DNA of 64,000 nucleotides from Candidatus Bathyarchaeota archaeon (GCA_963770935.1 CAVYRJ010000004.1:101745-165744), one strand, 5' to 3'; shown: positions 44,495-55,707, counted from the stretch's first letter. Program-made: numbers and translations. Notes: a model not told the origin generated them from the letters alone.

Positions 44495-44876
44495 TCTCTT
44501 CTACCTCAATTTTGATATGCGTAGAACCGTCACCATAGGCCATTTGGCTAGAAAATAGTACATTCGGCCCGCGCAAACTAAGCTGATGAACAGTTTTGAT
44601 ATTTAAGCTTTGTGGTTTATTAAACATATTGCACATAATGGTTTCGAATTGCACAACAAGCTGAAAGTTGCACTATGGAAAATGACATAAAAAAGTGTAA
44701 AAAAATGCTAAACCGCGCACAGAAAAACGTGCGCTTGCTTAATAAATATCAATTCTAAACATAAAGAAACATTAACCCTATTAATTTTAAAATACACGGT
44801 GAGAACGCTTATTAAGAAAAAAGCCACCCTTTAAACCTCTAACAATAAATAAAACAAGTGTTACTTGAAACCGTGC

Positions 44877-44952
44877 AGCCCGGTGGTGTAGTGGTCAAGC
44901 ATAGAGGGCTTTGGACCCTCCGACGAGAGTTCGAATCTCTCCCGGGCTACCA
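44877..44952 (+). tRNA. tRNA-Gln(TTG)
   Basis: AGCCCGG/CCGGGCT acceptor stem, GAGGG-CT-TTG-GA-CCCTC anticodon arm, GAGAG-TTCGAAT-CTCTC T arm, encoded CCA. Confidence 0.96.
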
Positions 44953-45201
44953 CGAGCTCTCACAGCTTTTCTGAGGAGAAAATAATTAAAACATTCTGGA
45001 AAATAGGCGCTTGACTTAATCATTAGTGCTTTGCGTTTGGCTTTTCAAATGACCAGAACTATTGTGTTCATTGCAGCTAACGTTGACTCAGTTGAATTTT
45101 TTTGAAAGTGTTAGGCTTGATTTTGTCAGTGGGTGCACTACAAACAAATGCTTAAGTCCGTTTTTAGGCGATCTATGAGCCACAGAATTGGAGAAAAGAA
45201 A

Positions 45202-47736
45202 ATGTCGAAAAATAAAATCACAACAATGATTATGATATCTATGATGCTAACAATTGCTTTTCCACTTTTTGCCCTTCCAACTGCTAATGCACATGACCCT
45301 CAATGGATTATTCCAACTTACACCTACCTCACTGCTACACCAAACCCTGTCGGCATCGGTCAAAGTGTGTCGCTTGTTTTCTGGCTTGACAAATATCCGC
45401 CAACCGCAGCCGGTGTTGGCGGGGATAGAGTTAACTTCACAGTGACAGTTATGGCGCCTAATGGAGACAAGAAAACCTTAGGGACATACGTTGCTGATCC
45501 GGTGGCAAGTGCTAACACTGCGTTCACTCCTGATCAAGCAGGCACATATGTTTTTGAAGCTATTTTCCCCGGACTTGTGCTGACTGGATACAATCCCGTA
45601 ACAGGAATTCCAGGCACCCTAACTAACGCTTACGTAAATGACAAGTACCTGCCAAGCAATTCAACAGCAACAATTACTGTGCAAGAACAAGCAATACCTG
45701 ATCCTCCAACCTATCCGCTCCCAACAGAGTATTGGATGCGCCCCATAGAAGGACAAAACACACAATGGTACCAAATTTCCTCAAACTGGCTTGCTGGAGC
45801 CCAAATTGTTCAGAAGGTTCAAGCATACGGCATAGCACCCAATAGCGCTCACGTTATGTGGGCAAAGAGCATTAGAGATGGCGGTGTAGTTGGCGGCGGT
45901 CTTACTGGAGAAAACGGTATGACTTTCTACGATGGAACACAATACGAAAACACAATGCAGAACCCAGTTGTAATGAACGGTCGACTATACTACACTCTAC
46001 CAAAAGGCAGCACATCTGGAGACGGAGGATACGTCTGTGTTGATTTGTTTACTGGAGAAACCCTGTGGACTAACACTTTGCTTGGAACCACTGGAGTTGC
46101 AGCGCCAACATTCGGGCAGCTTTACTGGTATGATTCAATGAATCAGCATGGAGTTATCCCCAACGGCTACTTATGGACAAACAACTTTGCTAGTGCATAT
46201 GACTCACTTACAGGCGGCTGGCTATTTAATTTAACAGGCGTTCCTTCAGGCACCGAAGTTTATACTGAAAAAGGCGAAATTGTACGTTACGTACTTAATA
46301 CTGCAGGAAAATCGTTGGGTTTATGGAACAACACTTGTGAGCAGCAAGGATTGCATGGAGCATTAGGAAACGGGAGTAGCGCTTACCAATGGAGACCTGT
46401 CGGTAAATCAGTCAACATGACCAACGCCTACTCATGGAGTATTTCGCTATCATGGTTGCCCGCAGGGGCAGCAATAGCTGGTGTAATCCATGATGATGTG
46501 TTACTCGGTAGAAACGGCTCGTTGCCTGCACTTGGTGTCTCTGAACCATACACGATGTGGGCGGTAAGTCTAAAGCCGGAATCAAGGGGTCAACTTTTAT
46601 GGATGAAGAACTATAATCCACCCGAAGGAAACCTCACTCGAAGCTTCAGATTTATCGATCCGGTGAACCGTGTATTTGTGTTCTGGGACAAGGAAACTAT
46701 CGCTTATTCCTGCTATGACCTTGATACTGGAGACTTCTTATGGACAACCCCATCTGAAAATGCATGGAATCTATACGCTGGAGGAGGAGGTTCTATCTGG
46801 ACACAAACAACGGCTTACGGAAAGCTCTATTCGACAGGCTACTCGGGCATTGTTTACTGCTATGACACTAGAAATGGAAGCCTATTATGGAGCTACTCCA
46901 CAGCTGCCCAAGCAGGCTACGCAACACCTTATGGCGGTTACCCATTAGGTATCGCTGGAGTCGCCGATGAAAAGATCTACCTCCATGTCAATGAACACTC
47001 TTCTGGAGCACCATATTGGAAAGGCGCAGAACTGATATGTCTTAATGCGGAAACAGGCGAAAAAATATGGAGCATTGCACACCACGGCGCTTCAGGCTAT
47101 GTACCGTGGGGATACGCTATTGCAGACGGCTACTTGATAGCACCTAACTTATTTGACATGCGAATATACGCATTCGGCAAAGGTCCAAGCGCTACCACAG
47201 TGACAGCTTCACCGAAAGTATCAACCTATGGAAACAACGTTCTGATTGAAGGCACGGTAATCGATACGGCTGCAGGCACCGAGCAAGGCGAACAAGCGGC
47301 ACGTTTCCCAGCAGGTGTTCCCGCTGTTTCAGACGATAGCATGAGTGCTTGGATGGAGTATGTGTACATGCAAAAGCCTAAGCCTACAAATGCAACTGGT
47401 GTTCTGCTGTCAATTGACGTTATCGATGGCAACGGAAACTACCGAAACATTGGCACTACAACTAGTGACGCGGAAGGCTTCTACAGTCTTGAATGGACAC
47501 CCGATATTGCAGGTAAATACACTGTTATCGCTACTTTCGCTGGCTCTGAATCTTATTGGCCATCAGACGCAGAAACTGCTTTCACTGTTTCGGAACCTGC
47601 ACCAACTCAAACACCAACCATAGAACACGTATCTGTCGCTGACCAGTACTTGGTACCGGGAATAATCGTTATTGTCGTTGCGATCGCAATAGTTGGTGCT
47701 ATACTAGCACTTCTGTTACTTAGGAAACGACCATAA
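45202..47736 (+). CDS. PQQ-like beta-propeller cell-surface protein
   Basis: Signal peptide, Ig-like ends, repeated D..TG..LW propeller motifs, PTQTP linker, TM+RKRP. Confidence 0.85.
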   Translation: MSKNKITTMIMISMMLTIAFPLFALPTANAHDPQWIIPTYTYLTATPNPVGIGQSVSLVFWLDKYPPTAAGVGGDRVNFTVTVMAPNGDKKTLGTYVADPVASANTAFTPDQAGTYVFEAIFPGLVLTGYNPVTGIPGTLTNAYVNDKYLPSNSTATITVQEQAIPDPPTYPLPTEYWMRPIEGQNTQWYQISSNWLAGAQIVQKVQAYGIAPNSAHVMWAKSIRDGGVVGGGLTGENGMTFYDGTQYENTMQNPVVMNGRLYYTLPKGSTSGDGGYVCVDLFTGETLWTNTLLGTTGVAAPTFGQLYWYDSMNQHGVIPNGYLWTNNFASAYDSLTGGWLFNLTGVPSGTEVYTEKGEIVRYVLNTAGKSLGLWNNTCEQQGLHGALGNGSSAYQWRPVGKSVNMTNAYSWSISLSWLPAGAAIAGVIHDDVLLGRNGSLPALGVSEPYTMWAVSLKPESRGQLLWMKNYNPPEGNLTRSFRFIDPVNRVFVFWDKETIAYSCYDLDTGDFLWTTPSENAWNLYAGGGGSIWTQTTAYGKLYSTGYSGIVYCYDTRNGSLLWSYSTAAQAGYATPYGGYPLGIAGVADEKIYLHVNEHSSGAPYWKGAELICLNAETGEKIWSIAHHGASGYVPWGYAIADGYLIAPNLFDMRIYAFGKGPSATTVTASPKVSTYGNNVLIEGTVIDTAAGTEQGEQAARFPAGVPAVSDDSMSAWMEYVYMQKPKPTNATGVLLSIDVIDGNGNYRNIGTTTSDAEGFYSLEWTPDIAGKYTVIATFAGSESYWPSDAETAFTVSEPAPTQTPTIEHVSVADQYLVPGIIVIVVAIAIVGAILALLLLRKRP

Positions 47737-48123
47737 AAACGTCCAATCAAATAACAATTTCCCCTTTTTTAGTCAATCAACAATCAAATAATGGCAATAA
47801 AGAGGATGGGTCGAGGCTGAGAAGGCTCTGGATAATATGTGCAACCAAAGAAGCTATGGTCTTGGAGATTTGTCTTCCTTTTTCTCCTATATTTTGTTCC
47901 AGAGCCTCAGCAAACTCTGAATAGCAAAAACTCAGCCTTGGAAAATCCTGGTTATGGACGAGTCAAAGTAAAGTACTCAGAGTTCTAGTCTCCGCAAAAC
48001 TCAAAAGAGTTTGTATTTTCGAAGAGTTTTCATTTTCTTATGCTCACGCTACGTGAGCGCGGTTTATTAGTTCTAACTATAAACTTGGGTTTGCTTTGAA
48101 TAACTTGATTTAGGGGCTAATTC

Positions 48124-48951
48124 ATGATTAATGAAGATTCATACACTCAAGCTTTGATGAAGCTAGGGCTTACATTTTTGCAATCAAAAATATATCTAAC
48201 CCTTGCTAGAGTCGAGAAAGCAGATGTAAAAATAATTGCCAAGTACTCTAACGTTGCTCGTCCAGATGTGTATAGGGTAATTTCAGCTCTTGAAAAAATA
48301 GGGCTGGTGCTGAAAATAATTGATAATCCTACCAAGTATGAAGCTATCCCCCTAAAAGAAGGCTACTCCATCCTGCTCGAAAAACGAGACAGAAAACATC
48401 AGGAACTGAAAAATGAAATATGCAAACTATTTAAGAATGCGCCCAAGGTAAAGGCAGCGCTGTCAGAGGATGAGCAATTTGTTCTAATATCCTCAAAAAC
48501 ACTCTTCCAAAAAAAGTGCTTAATTGAGGATAACAAGGTTCAAACCAACATAGATGTCATAGGTGATCAGATTGCGGGGGCTTGGTTTTACAGACATAAT
48601 CAGGTTTTTCGGGAAGCACTAAATAGAGGCGTAAGAATTCGAATTGTTACAGGAAAAAATGATTATGAACAAATGGTCAAAATAAAGGGTATGTTTTCTG
48701 ACAAGCCGTTGGCATTTGATATTAGATATGTAGATTCGACTCCTGTTAATGCAGTATTGTATGATGGGAAAAAAGGTTGGCTTTGTATTCATCCCCCCTG
48801 CGAAAATACGTTTCCTATTCCTGTTCTATTTTCAGGTAACCCGCAGTTTATAGAGTTGCTGACAATTTACTTTGAAAAAATGTGGAATGATGCACAATAC
48901 CTATTCGTGCATGCAAAGAAACAGAGTCATGAACCAATAGTCATACATTAG
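48124..48951 (+). CDS. TrmB-family transcriptional regulator
   Basis: LGLT..QSKIYL, RPDVYRVISALEKIGLV HTH, ALNRGVRIRIV and FEKMW PLD-like effector domain. Confidence 0.85.
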   Translation: MINEDSYTQALMKLGLTFLQSKIYLTLARVEKADVKIIAKYSNVARPDVYRVISALEKIGLVLKIIDNPTKYEAIPLKEGYSILLEKRDRKHQELKNEICKLFKNAPKVKAALSEDEQFVLISSKTLFQKKCLIEDNKVQTNIDVIGDQIAGAWFYRHNQVFREALNRGVRIRIVTGKNDYEQMVKIKGMFSDKPLAFDIRYVDSTPVNAVLYDGKKGWLCIHPPCENTFPIPVLFSGNPQFIELLTIYFEKMWNDAQYLFVHAKKQSHEPIVIH

Positions 48952-49634
48952 TTTTTGTGATCAACCCTGAATGAAAAAACCATGTGGCAAAAACTTAGAG
49001 AGTATATGATCATATAGCAAAAAAGATAGCTGCTGAGTTATTGTTCCATTTAGGGCCTGTTGAACGTACTCTTTCAACGCTGATATTGCCTATGTTAGGT
49101 GCTTGAAAATTACAAGTTAGATTCTTGGCAGTACTTCAGAACCGCTTGTTCTTCAACCAAGTTTAGATTTAGCCTTCTAGCCGACTTGGGAACAAAGGAT
49201 AAAGGGAAAAAACTAATTGCTCAAAGATAAGCTTCGTGTGAATTACTACTTGACGCGGCTCTTCTGGGCTTCATTTTTTGGGGTTGAATCTATGTTTTTG
49301 GCATTTAGCTACTGCAAATGTCTTTTGAAATATGTTTTTTGTTTGTCAAGAAAATTTGCCTTGTAAATCTTGTCAAAAAAGGTTTTACACATGACTCATC
49401 AAACAGTATAGCAGGAATCTGATAGGGAAGTGGGTAACATGGCAATCAACCACTATGTAATAACTCATAGACTTCTTATAAGAATACAAAAGCACGGATG
49501 CGTTTTCTGCCCAATATGTCACAACCCAATCGTTGAAGGACAACGAGTAGCTACCAGAAAAAGGACAACCGTTAGACATGAAGAGTGCTATGAGCGGTCT
49601 CATGTTTAAGAATAAAACTGCCTGAGCTGACCTG

Positions 49635-50931
49635 ATGTTAGTACAACAATTTGAATCCACCAAGAAAGAGACAGACACTACTTTTATCTATCCTCAATAT
49701 GACAAGAACTGCATCCTAAAAATACCAAACACCGTACTTCATTTGCTTGGCGCAGAAAATAATAAAACCGGTCCGCCCCTTGAAAACGCATTAAACTCGG
49801 TTTGTGGTGAAGGAATAAACAAAGTTGTTCTTCTAGTCATTGACGGATTCGGATTCAACCAGTTCCTAAATTATCATCAAGAAAACCAATTCTTAACCAG
49901 CCTCACCGACAAAGGCGAAGTGTATCCCTTAACAAGTGTCTTTCCGTCTCAAACAACAAATGCCTTAACAACTCTGAACACAGGTTTAACCCCGCAGGAA
50001 CATGGATTGTTTGAGTACTTCATCTACCTGAAAGATATTGGTTTGGTAAACTCGCTTAATTTTGAATGCATAGATTCCAAGCGTCCAAAATAAACTAAGA
50101 TACGAAGGATTTGACCTAAGTGCTCTTCTTTCAAAAGGTAAAACCATTCACAGCACATTAAAAGAACAGGGAATCAGCAGCTTCGCACATATCCAAGCTT
50201 CGAATGCCTCTAGCGCCTGTTCAAAACTAATTTTTCAGGGAAGCAAAATAGTACCCGCCGTTAAGCCATCTGATTCAATTGTTGGATTAAGAAAAAACCT
50301 GGAAGACAACAAAGGCAAGTGCGCATATTTTTTTGTGCATATAGATACTCTTGACACGATTTCCCATCAATATGGACCGGAAAGCTATGAGTATTATGCA
50401 GAATTATCATTGATTACTTATTTACTTAAAAGGGAATTAGTGGAGAAAATCGATCATAAAACTGCTAAAGAAACTCTTCTTCTAGTGACCGCTGATCATG
50501 GCGGTGTGAAGGTTGATCCAAAACAAACAACGTATCTTAATTGTTTCCCCAAAGCAATATTGAATTTGCAAGTTGGACGGAATCGAAAACCAATTTTGCC
50601 CATAGGTAGCCACAGGGAAGTTTTTCTACATATCAAGGATGAGAAGCTTGCTGAGACAAAGCAATATTTAACGCAAAAAATTGGTGACAAAGCCCAAATC
50701 ATTGAAACTAAAGAAGCAGCTAAAAAGGGTTTGTTTGGATTGGGTTTTGCAGGCAGTGAGTTTCTTGAAAGAACAGGCAACTTGTTGATTTTGCCCTATG
50801 GAAACCATACAGTGTGGTTTGAGGATTCGGATTGCAGAAAATCTAGTTTTCTGGGTCAACATGGAGGATTAAATGAGCAGGAAATGCTTGTTCCATTTGC
50901 AGTAGCTAATCTTTGCGGTTTAAAAGAATAG
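49635..50931 (+). CDS. Alkaline phosphatase/nucleotide pyrophosphatase-family protein; apparent frameshift(s) near 50090
   Basis: LVIDGFG, SVFPSQT, DTISHQYG, TADHG, GQHGG across two ORFs. Confidence 0.82.
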
Positions 50932-51047
50932 ATATCGATTCTGTAAATAAATTGCAGCCCGCTTTGCCTAAAATTTTTTGGATATATTGCGAATTAAGAA
51001 ATATTGCTTATAGATTCTGATATTTTACTTTTCTTTGGCGATGACCA

Positions 51048-51305
51048 ATGCTGAAACGTAGCCGAGTAACCATCACAATAGATATCTTAGAAGCGACCTT
51101 GACGCCTCAGAAAAAAATGAAGATAATGTACCAGGCAAATCTGAATTACGTCCGTTTTAACCGATATCTCTCTGACTTTCTGAGCAAAGGTTTCATCGAG
51201 GCCTTAAAGGATGCTGACGGTTATGGTTGCTACCGCATTACTTCAAGGGGCAAAGCTTTGCTGGTGTTGCTTAGGAAAGTAAATGACCTTGGATATTCCA
51301 TTTAG
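51048..51305 (+). CDS. Archaeal winged-helix regulator (HTH_45-like)
   Basis: KRSR..I..DIL, IMYQANLN, YRITSRG. Confidence 0.85.
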   Translation: MLKRSRVTITIDILEATLTPQKKMKIMYQANLNYVRFNRYLSDFLSKGFIEALKDADGYGCYRITSRGKALLVLLRKVNDLGYSI

Positions 51306-51841
51306 TAAAATTTTTTTGAGATTTTAGAAAATAGATTTTATTATTTGGTTTGTTTTGAAATGATGCAATTGTGCAAAATGCGGTTGTGTCATCATCACCA
51401 TCATCATCTTCTTGTAATGCCCTGCAGATGGTTTGCTCGTTTAATTTTAGTTTTTTCTGTTTTTGTTTTGAGTTGTGTTGGTTTAATTTTAGTAGTTTTT
51501 TTGATGTTTTTTGGGTAGTTTGTGTTTTTACTTTTTTCAATTTGTTTTGTTATTTTGATTTGTTTTTGATTTGAAATTTTAAAAATGATTCATTTCGATT
51601 TTGTAAATTGTTCTATAATTGTGGTGTTTTTGTGTGTACCTGAGGGCTCTACTTGTTGCCCTTCATACTTTATAACTTTAGACCGCTTTGTTCTTGAGTA
51701 CCTAAGAAAACGTTTCGAGAATTGTCCACTCCGGTCACGGCGGGATTAGCTAGTGGTAACACGTGCAAAACTGGCCAATGGATTTTAGGTCATTAATTTT
51801 GAAAAAGACTGCGTTTTCTCTTTTTAAACGTTGAAGGGGTC

Positions 51842-52201
51842 ATGTTGTCTTTGAAAGATAGAAAAACGGTCAACAAGAATCGCAGCAGTTTAGATATTGT
51901 GCGGGAAGTTCTTTCCATCGCTATAGTTAAAGTTTGCAAAACTAGAATCATGTATGGAGCCAATCTGAGTTTTCATCAACTCGAAAAGTACCTGCGAGCT
52001 CTTCTGGGAAACTCTCTTTTGTCATTCGACGGCGATTCTGGTTACTTGACTACTGCATCAGGAAAAGAGTTTCTTGCGCTCTATGAAGATTATCTAAAGC
52101 GATCTACTCATCTGGGCAAGGAAGTCGAAAGGAATATCAAAGACAAAGAGCACCTAGAAAACATGTGTGGATTTGGAAAAGACAAATCCAGTAACAACTA
52201 A
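51842..52201 (+). CDS. Archaeal winged-helix regulator (HTH_45-like)
   Basis: NRSSLDIV, KTRIMYGANLS, TASGKEFL. Confidence 0.85.
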   Translation: MLSLKDRKTVNKNRSSLDIVREVLSIAIVKVCKTRIMYGANLSFHQLEKYLRALLGNSLLSFDGDSGYLTTASGKEFLALYEDYLKRSTHLGKEVERNIKDKEHLENMCGFGKDKSSNN

Positions 52202-52248
52202 TTGTTAGTTACTTTTTACGTAAAATAATGAATTAGGTGTGTTAAGAA

Positions 52249-52479
52249 ATGAAAATCCCAAAAAGGGTTAAGGTTAGGTGTGAGTGTGGCGAGGAACTTT
52301 TGCTATTGCCCGATTTGAAGGAAATGGGTAGCGCCATAGAAGACCATGTGGATATGCATCTTCAAGGTTTGAAAGCTCCCAGTTGCACACCTGCAGAAGC
52401 TGAACGTCTAAAAAATATGTTAATTGCTCAGATCATAACTATCGCAAGCCAACCTGAAGACGAAGAAACCATTAGATAG
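52249..52479 (+). CDS. Small putative Zn-binding hypothetical protein
   Basis: CECG...HVDMH motif; GGTG ribosome-binding site upstream. Confidence 0.65.
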   Translation: MKIPKRVKVRCECGEELLLLPDLKEMGSAIEDHVDMHLQGLKAPSCTPAEAERLKNMLIAQIITIASQPEDEETIR

Positions 52480-52857
52480 AAACCAAGAGATCTTTTTTGG
52501 CCTCGATATAATACGATTTTTTGAATATGCAATTATATCCTTTTGTAATGTTGCTTGGTTAATTAGAAATGATTGAGGAGAAAAGGAGGCTATTTCAACG
52601 CTTTTTTCGAGGATTAGGGGGCTTTTTAAGGAAGTTGGTAAGAACTCTTTAATACAAGTTGCACTGAAAATAGCATTAGCGTTCTCGAGGAAGGCGAATT
52701 GTCTTAACGTTTAGCTTATCCGTTTTTCCTTGTTTCTGTCCGCTTCTGTCAGGAAGGGATTTCTTAGATTTGAGTCTAAAATTTTGTTTTGGTTTTTGGG
52801 GGCTTAGCCTCTTTTTTTGCATTAGTGATTTTTATTCGGGCGTTTTGTGTTAGCGGC

Positions 52858-52971
52858 TTATTGCCCTAGCCAATATATGATCCAGCCTGCTATGAAGACT
52901 GCCAGAAACAAGGGTAAGAGCGAAACTAATGCAAGCTTGCTGCGTTTTTTTCTACAGGTTGCATTTATCAT
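52858..52971 (-). CDS. Short single-TM protein, truncated paralog of 61664-61891
   Basis: RKKRSKL + TM + FIAGW..Y..GQ shared with the 75-aa ORF; stops right after GQ. Confidence 0.6.
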   Translation of the reverse strand: MINATCRKKRSKLALVSLLPLFLAVFIAGWIIYWLGQ

Positions 52972-53168
52972 TTCAGCACCTGTATTATGCTCTTGCGGAA
53001 CTCTTAATATATAAGGTTTTGTAATTGTCGGCGCACCAATCAACCACCAAAAAAATAGTTATGCAAATTTGTTAGCCAATTATTGGTTGTTGCGGAATTG
53101 TGGTAGCAAGTTGAGATTGCAAAGGTTGATATATCATCGAAGTTACTAAAAGAATTAATCTCGAAAAG

Positions 53169-53894
53169 TTGACGCAGATAAAAGAGTTTGAAAGCGTGGT
53201 TAAAAAAGAAAAGCAAAATGCCCCTTCGACGCAAGTTCTAATTGCAGCTATAAACGAGGAAGAAGGCATCGGCCACACCATATCCGAGTTAAACAAAACC
53301 CTTGGGAATCCAAAGATTTTGGTTGTTGACGGCAGAAGCAAAGATAAAACCGTTGAAGTGGCCAAGGAATTGGGCGCCCAAGTTGTTGTGCAGGATGGTT
53401 TAGGCAAAGGTGACGCGTTAGCTTCAGCAATCAAGGTTGCAGATTTTACAGCAGATTATGTTGTTATCACCGACGCAGATTACACCTATCCCGCAGAGTA
53501 TATTCCTGAGATGATTCGGGTTTTAGAGGAGAATCCTGACATTGGCATGGTTTGCGGCAACCGCTTCAGCGGCTACTTAAACTTGAAAGGGTTAAACGGC
53601 TTTTTTTATTTGGGAAATCGCGTTATAGCTTTTACTCACAACTTTCTAAACGGAGTCGCCTTAACTGACCCCTTGACAGGGTTGCGTTTAGTGCGTGCGA
53701 GCATTCTTAAAGACTGGAAGGTGAAGTCCAAAGGTTTTGATGTTGAGGTGGAGCTTAATCATCGTGTCGAGCGTGAAGGCTTTGGCATTGCGGAGGTTCC
53801 AATTCAGTATCGTGAACGGTTAGGCGAGAAGAAGCTTGGGTTTAGGCATAGTGTTGAAATTTTTAGGCGCATAATGTCAGAAGCAACGTACTAA
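53169..53894 (+). CDS. Family 2 glycosyltransferase (DPM1-like), copy 1
   Basis: NEEEGI, VVDGRSKDKT, GKG, DADYTY, GNR, GFDVEVE, EVPIQYRER. Confidence 0.9.
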   Translation: MTQIKEFESVVKKEKQNAPSTQVLIAAINEEEGIGHTISELNKTLGNPKILVVDGRSKDKTVEVAKELGAQVVVQDGLGKGDALASAIKVADFTADYVVITDADYTYPAEYIPEMIRVLEENPDIGMVCGNRFSGYLNLKGLNGFFYLGNRVIAFTHNFLNGVALTDPLTGLRLVRASILKDWKVKSKGFDVEVELNHRVEREGFGIAEVPIQYRERLGEKKLGFRHSVEIFRRIMSEATY

Positions 53895-54117
53895 CTTTTG
53901 CTTGCGTGATTTGGCATTTATCATTTCAGCACCTGTATTATGCTCTTGCGGAACTCTTAATATATAAGGTTTTGTAATTGTCGGCGCAACAATCAGCCAC
54001 CAAAAAAATAGGTAGCAATTTTTTAGCTAATTATTGGTTGTAGCGGAATTGTGGTTACAAGTTGAGATTGCAAAGGTTGATATATCATAAAAGTATCTAA
54101 AGAACTAATCTCGAAAG

Positions 54118-54844
54118 TTGAGCAGCTAAAAGAGTTTGAAAGCGTGGTTAAAAAAGAAAAGCAAAATGCCCCTTCGACGCAAGTTCTAATTGCAGCTATA
54201 AACGAGGAAGAAGGCATCGGCCACACCATATCCGAGTTAAACAAAACCTTTGAGGAATCCAAAGATTTTGGTTGTTGACGGCAGAAGCAAAGATAAAACC
54301 GTTGAAGTAGCCAAGGAATTGGGCGCCCAAGTTGTTGTACAGGATGGATTAGGCAAAGGTGACGCGTTAGCTTCAGCAATCAAGCGTTGCAGATTTTACA
54401 GCAGATTATGTTGTTATCACCGACGCAGATTACACATATCCCGCAGAGTATATTCCCGAAATGATTCGGGTTTTAGAGGAGAATCCTGACATTGGCATGG
54501 TTTGCGGCAACCGCTTCAGCGGCTACTTAAACTTGAAAGGGTTAAACGGCTTTTTTTATTTGGGAAATCGCGTTATAGCTTTTACTCACAACTTTCTAAA
54601 CGGAGTCGCCTTAACTGACCCCTTGACAGGGTTGCGTTTAGTGCGTGCGAGCATTCTTAAAGACTGGAAAGTGAAGTCCAAAGGTTTTGATGTTGAGGTG
54701 GAGCTTAATCATCGTGTCGAGCGTGAAGGCTTTGGCATTGCGGAGGTTCCAATTCAGTATCGTGAACGGTTAGGCGAGAAGAAGCTTGGGTTTAGGCATA
54801 GTGTTGAAATTTTTAGGCGCATAATGTCAGAAGCAACGTACTAG
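54118..54844 (+). pseudogene. GT2 copy 2 with two apparent frameshifts
   Basis: Near-identical to copy 1 but split into ORFs 54250-54489 and 54461-54844. Confidence 0.75.
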
Positions 54845-54932
54845 CTTTTGCTTATGTGATTTGTGGGTAGGCGGTTGTTAATCTTGGTAAAGTTCATATT
54901 TCCCACGGTGGGAATTTCTTTGGTGGGAAAAA

Positions 54933-55166
54933 ATGGCCGCTGAAGAAGTAACTGTTGACAAGAAAGGGCGTGTACAAATTCCCAAAGCAATCCGAGATAA
55001 AGTCGGATTACGCGTTGGCGGAAAAGCTCGCCTAAAAATAGAAAAAGAAAATATAATTATCATGCCCCCAATTTCACCTGAAGAATTCATTAGAGAAATG
55101 GAAGGCTGCATCAAGGAAGGCGCCCCCGACCTTGATCCGCTGAAGCTTAAGAAAATGTGGGAATAG
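54933..55166 (+). CDS. AbrB/MazE/SpoVT-type antitoxin (orphan)
   Basis: VDKKGRVQIPKAIR..GL..G; only a 3' scrap of a PIN gene follows. Confidence 0.85.
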   Translation: MAAEEVTVDKKGRVQIPKAIRDKVGLRVGGKARLKIEKENIIIMPPISPEEFIREMEGCIKEGAPDLDPLKLKKMWE

Positions 55167-55360
55167 GGTGTGCTTGAGCAAAAAGTCTTTACTTTGCGAA
55201 ATATAATCTCTTATTTTGACAAGATCAAGCAGTTAATACGTCAAACACTTACTTGAAATTTACACAATAAAAGAAATAGATGCCAGGTTAACTTGGTTTG
55301 ATAAGTTGATTTAGAATAACTTATTATCTTAAGTGTCCTTATCGGTACTGGTGAGTTGCT

Positions 55361-55570
55361 ATGGCTGAAACAGTTTCAATTCCTCGTCCGCTATTAAAAG
55401 AGCTCTACGAACATTTTGACCGAATAGAAGAGATTCTAGCTACGCTCGAAGAGCTTTCAGATAAAAAAGGGCTAAAGAGAATTAAAAGAAGTCTTGAAGA
55501 ATACAAGAATAAAGAATGCGTTACGCTCTCAAGTTCTGATAAAATCAGAGAAGCCCTCCTGAAGGACTAG
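55361..55570 (+). CDS. Putative antitoxin
   Basis: 69-aa acidic helical ORF (ATLEELSD) directly upstream of a RelE-like fragment. Confidence 0.7.
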   Translation: MAETVSIPRPLLKELYEHFDRIEEILATLEELSDKKGLKRIKRSLEEYKNKECVTLSSSDKIREALLKD

Positions 55571-55572
55571 GT

Positions 55573-55707
55573 TTGCAATACAAGTCGATTTTCACTAAGA
55601 GTTTCAAAAAGGAATTTTGCAAACTTCCAAAAGGCATCCGAGAAATTATTCTTAAGAGTTTGGAAAAAACAATAGTGAATCTAAGACTTAAGGGCGATTG
55701 GCATTGA
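55573..55707 (+). pseudogene. Truncated RelE/ParE-like toxin
   Basis: Own translation MQYKSIFTKSFKKEFCKLPKGIREIILKSLEKTIVNLRLKGDWH*: RelE N-terminus without the C-terminal strands. Confidence 0.65.

Larger units (their letters stand above)
40961..44890. repeat. Tandem direct duplication of ~1.97 kb (40961-42926 and 42927-44890)
   Basis: Both copies start TTTGAAACTCTTATATACGG and end GCAGCCCGGTGGTGTA; scattered, mostly synonymous substitutions. Confidence 0.95.
52961..54863. repeat. Tandem direct duplication of ~0.95 kb carrying the GT2 gene (52961-53913 and 53914-54863)
   Basis: Both copies start GCATTTATCATTTCAGCACC; 3' halves nearly identical, 5' halves differ by small indels. Confidence 0.93.

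Noticed and set aside
51735-51780. tRNA-like start GCGGGATTAGCTAGTGGTAACAC
   Set aside because: No anticodon stem, T-loop or matching acceptor strand follows
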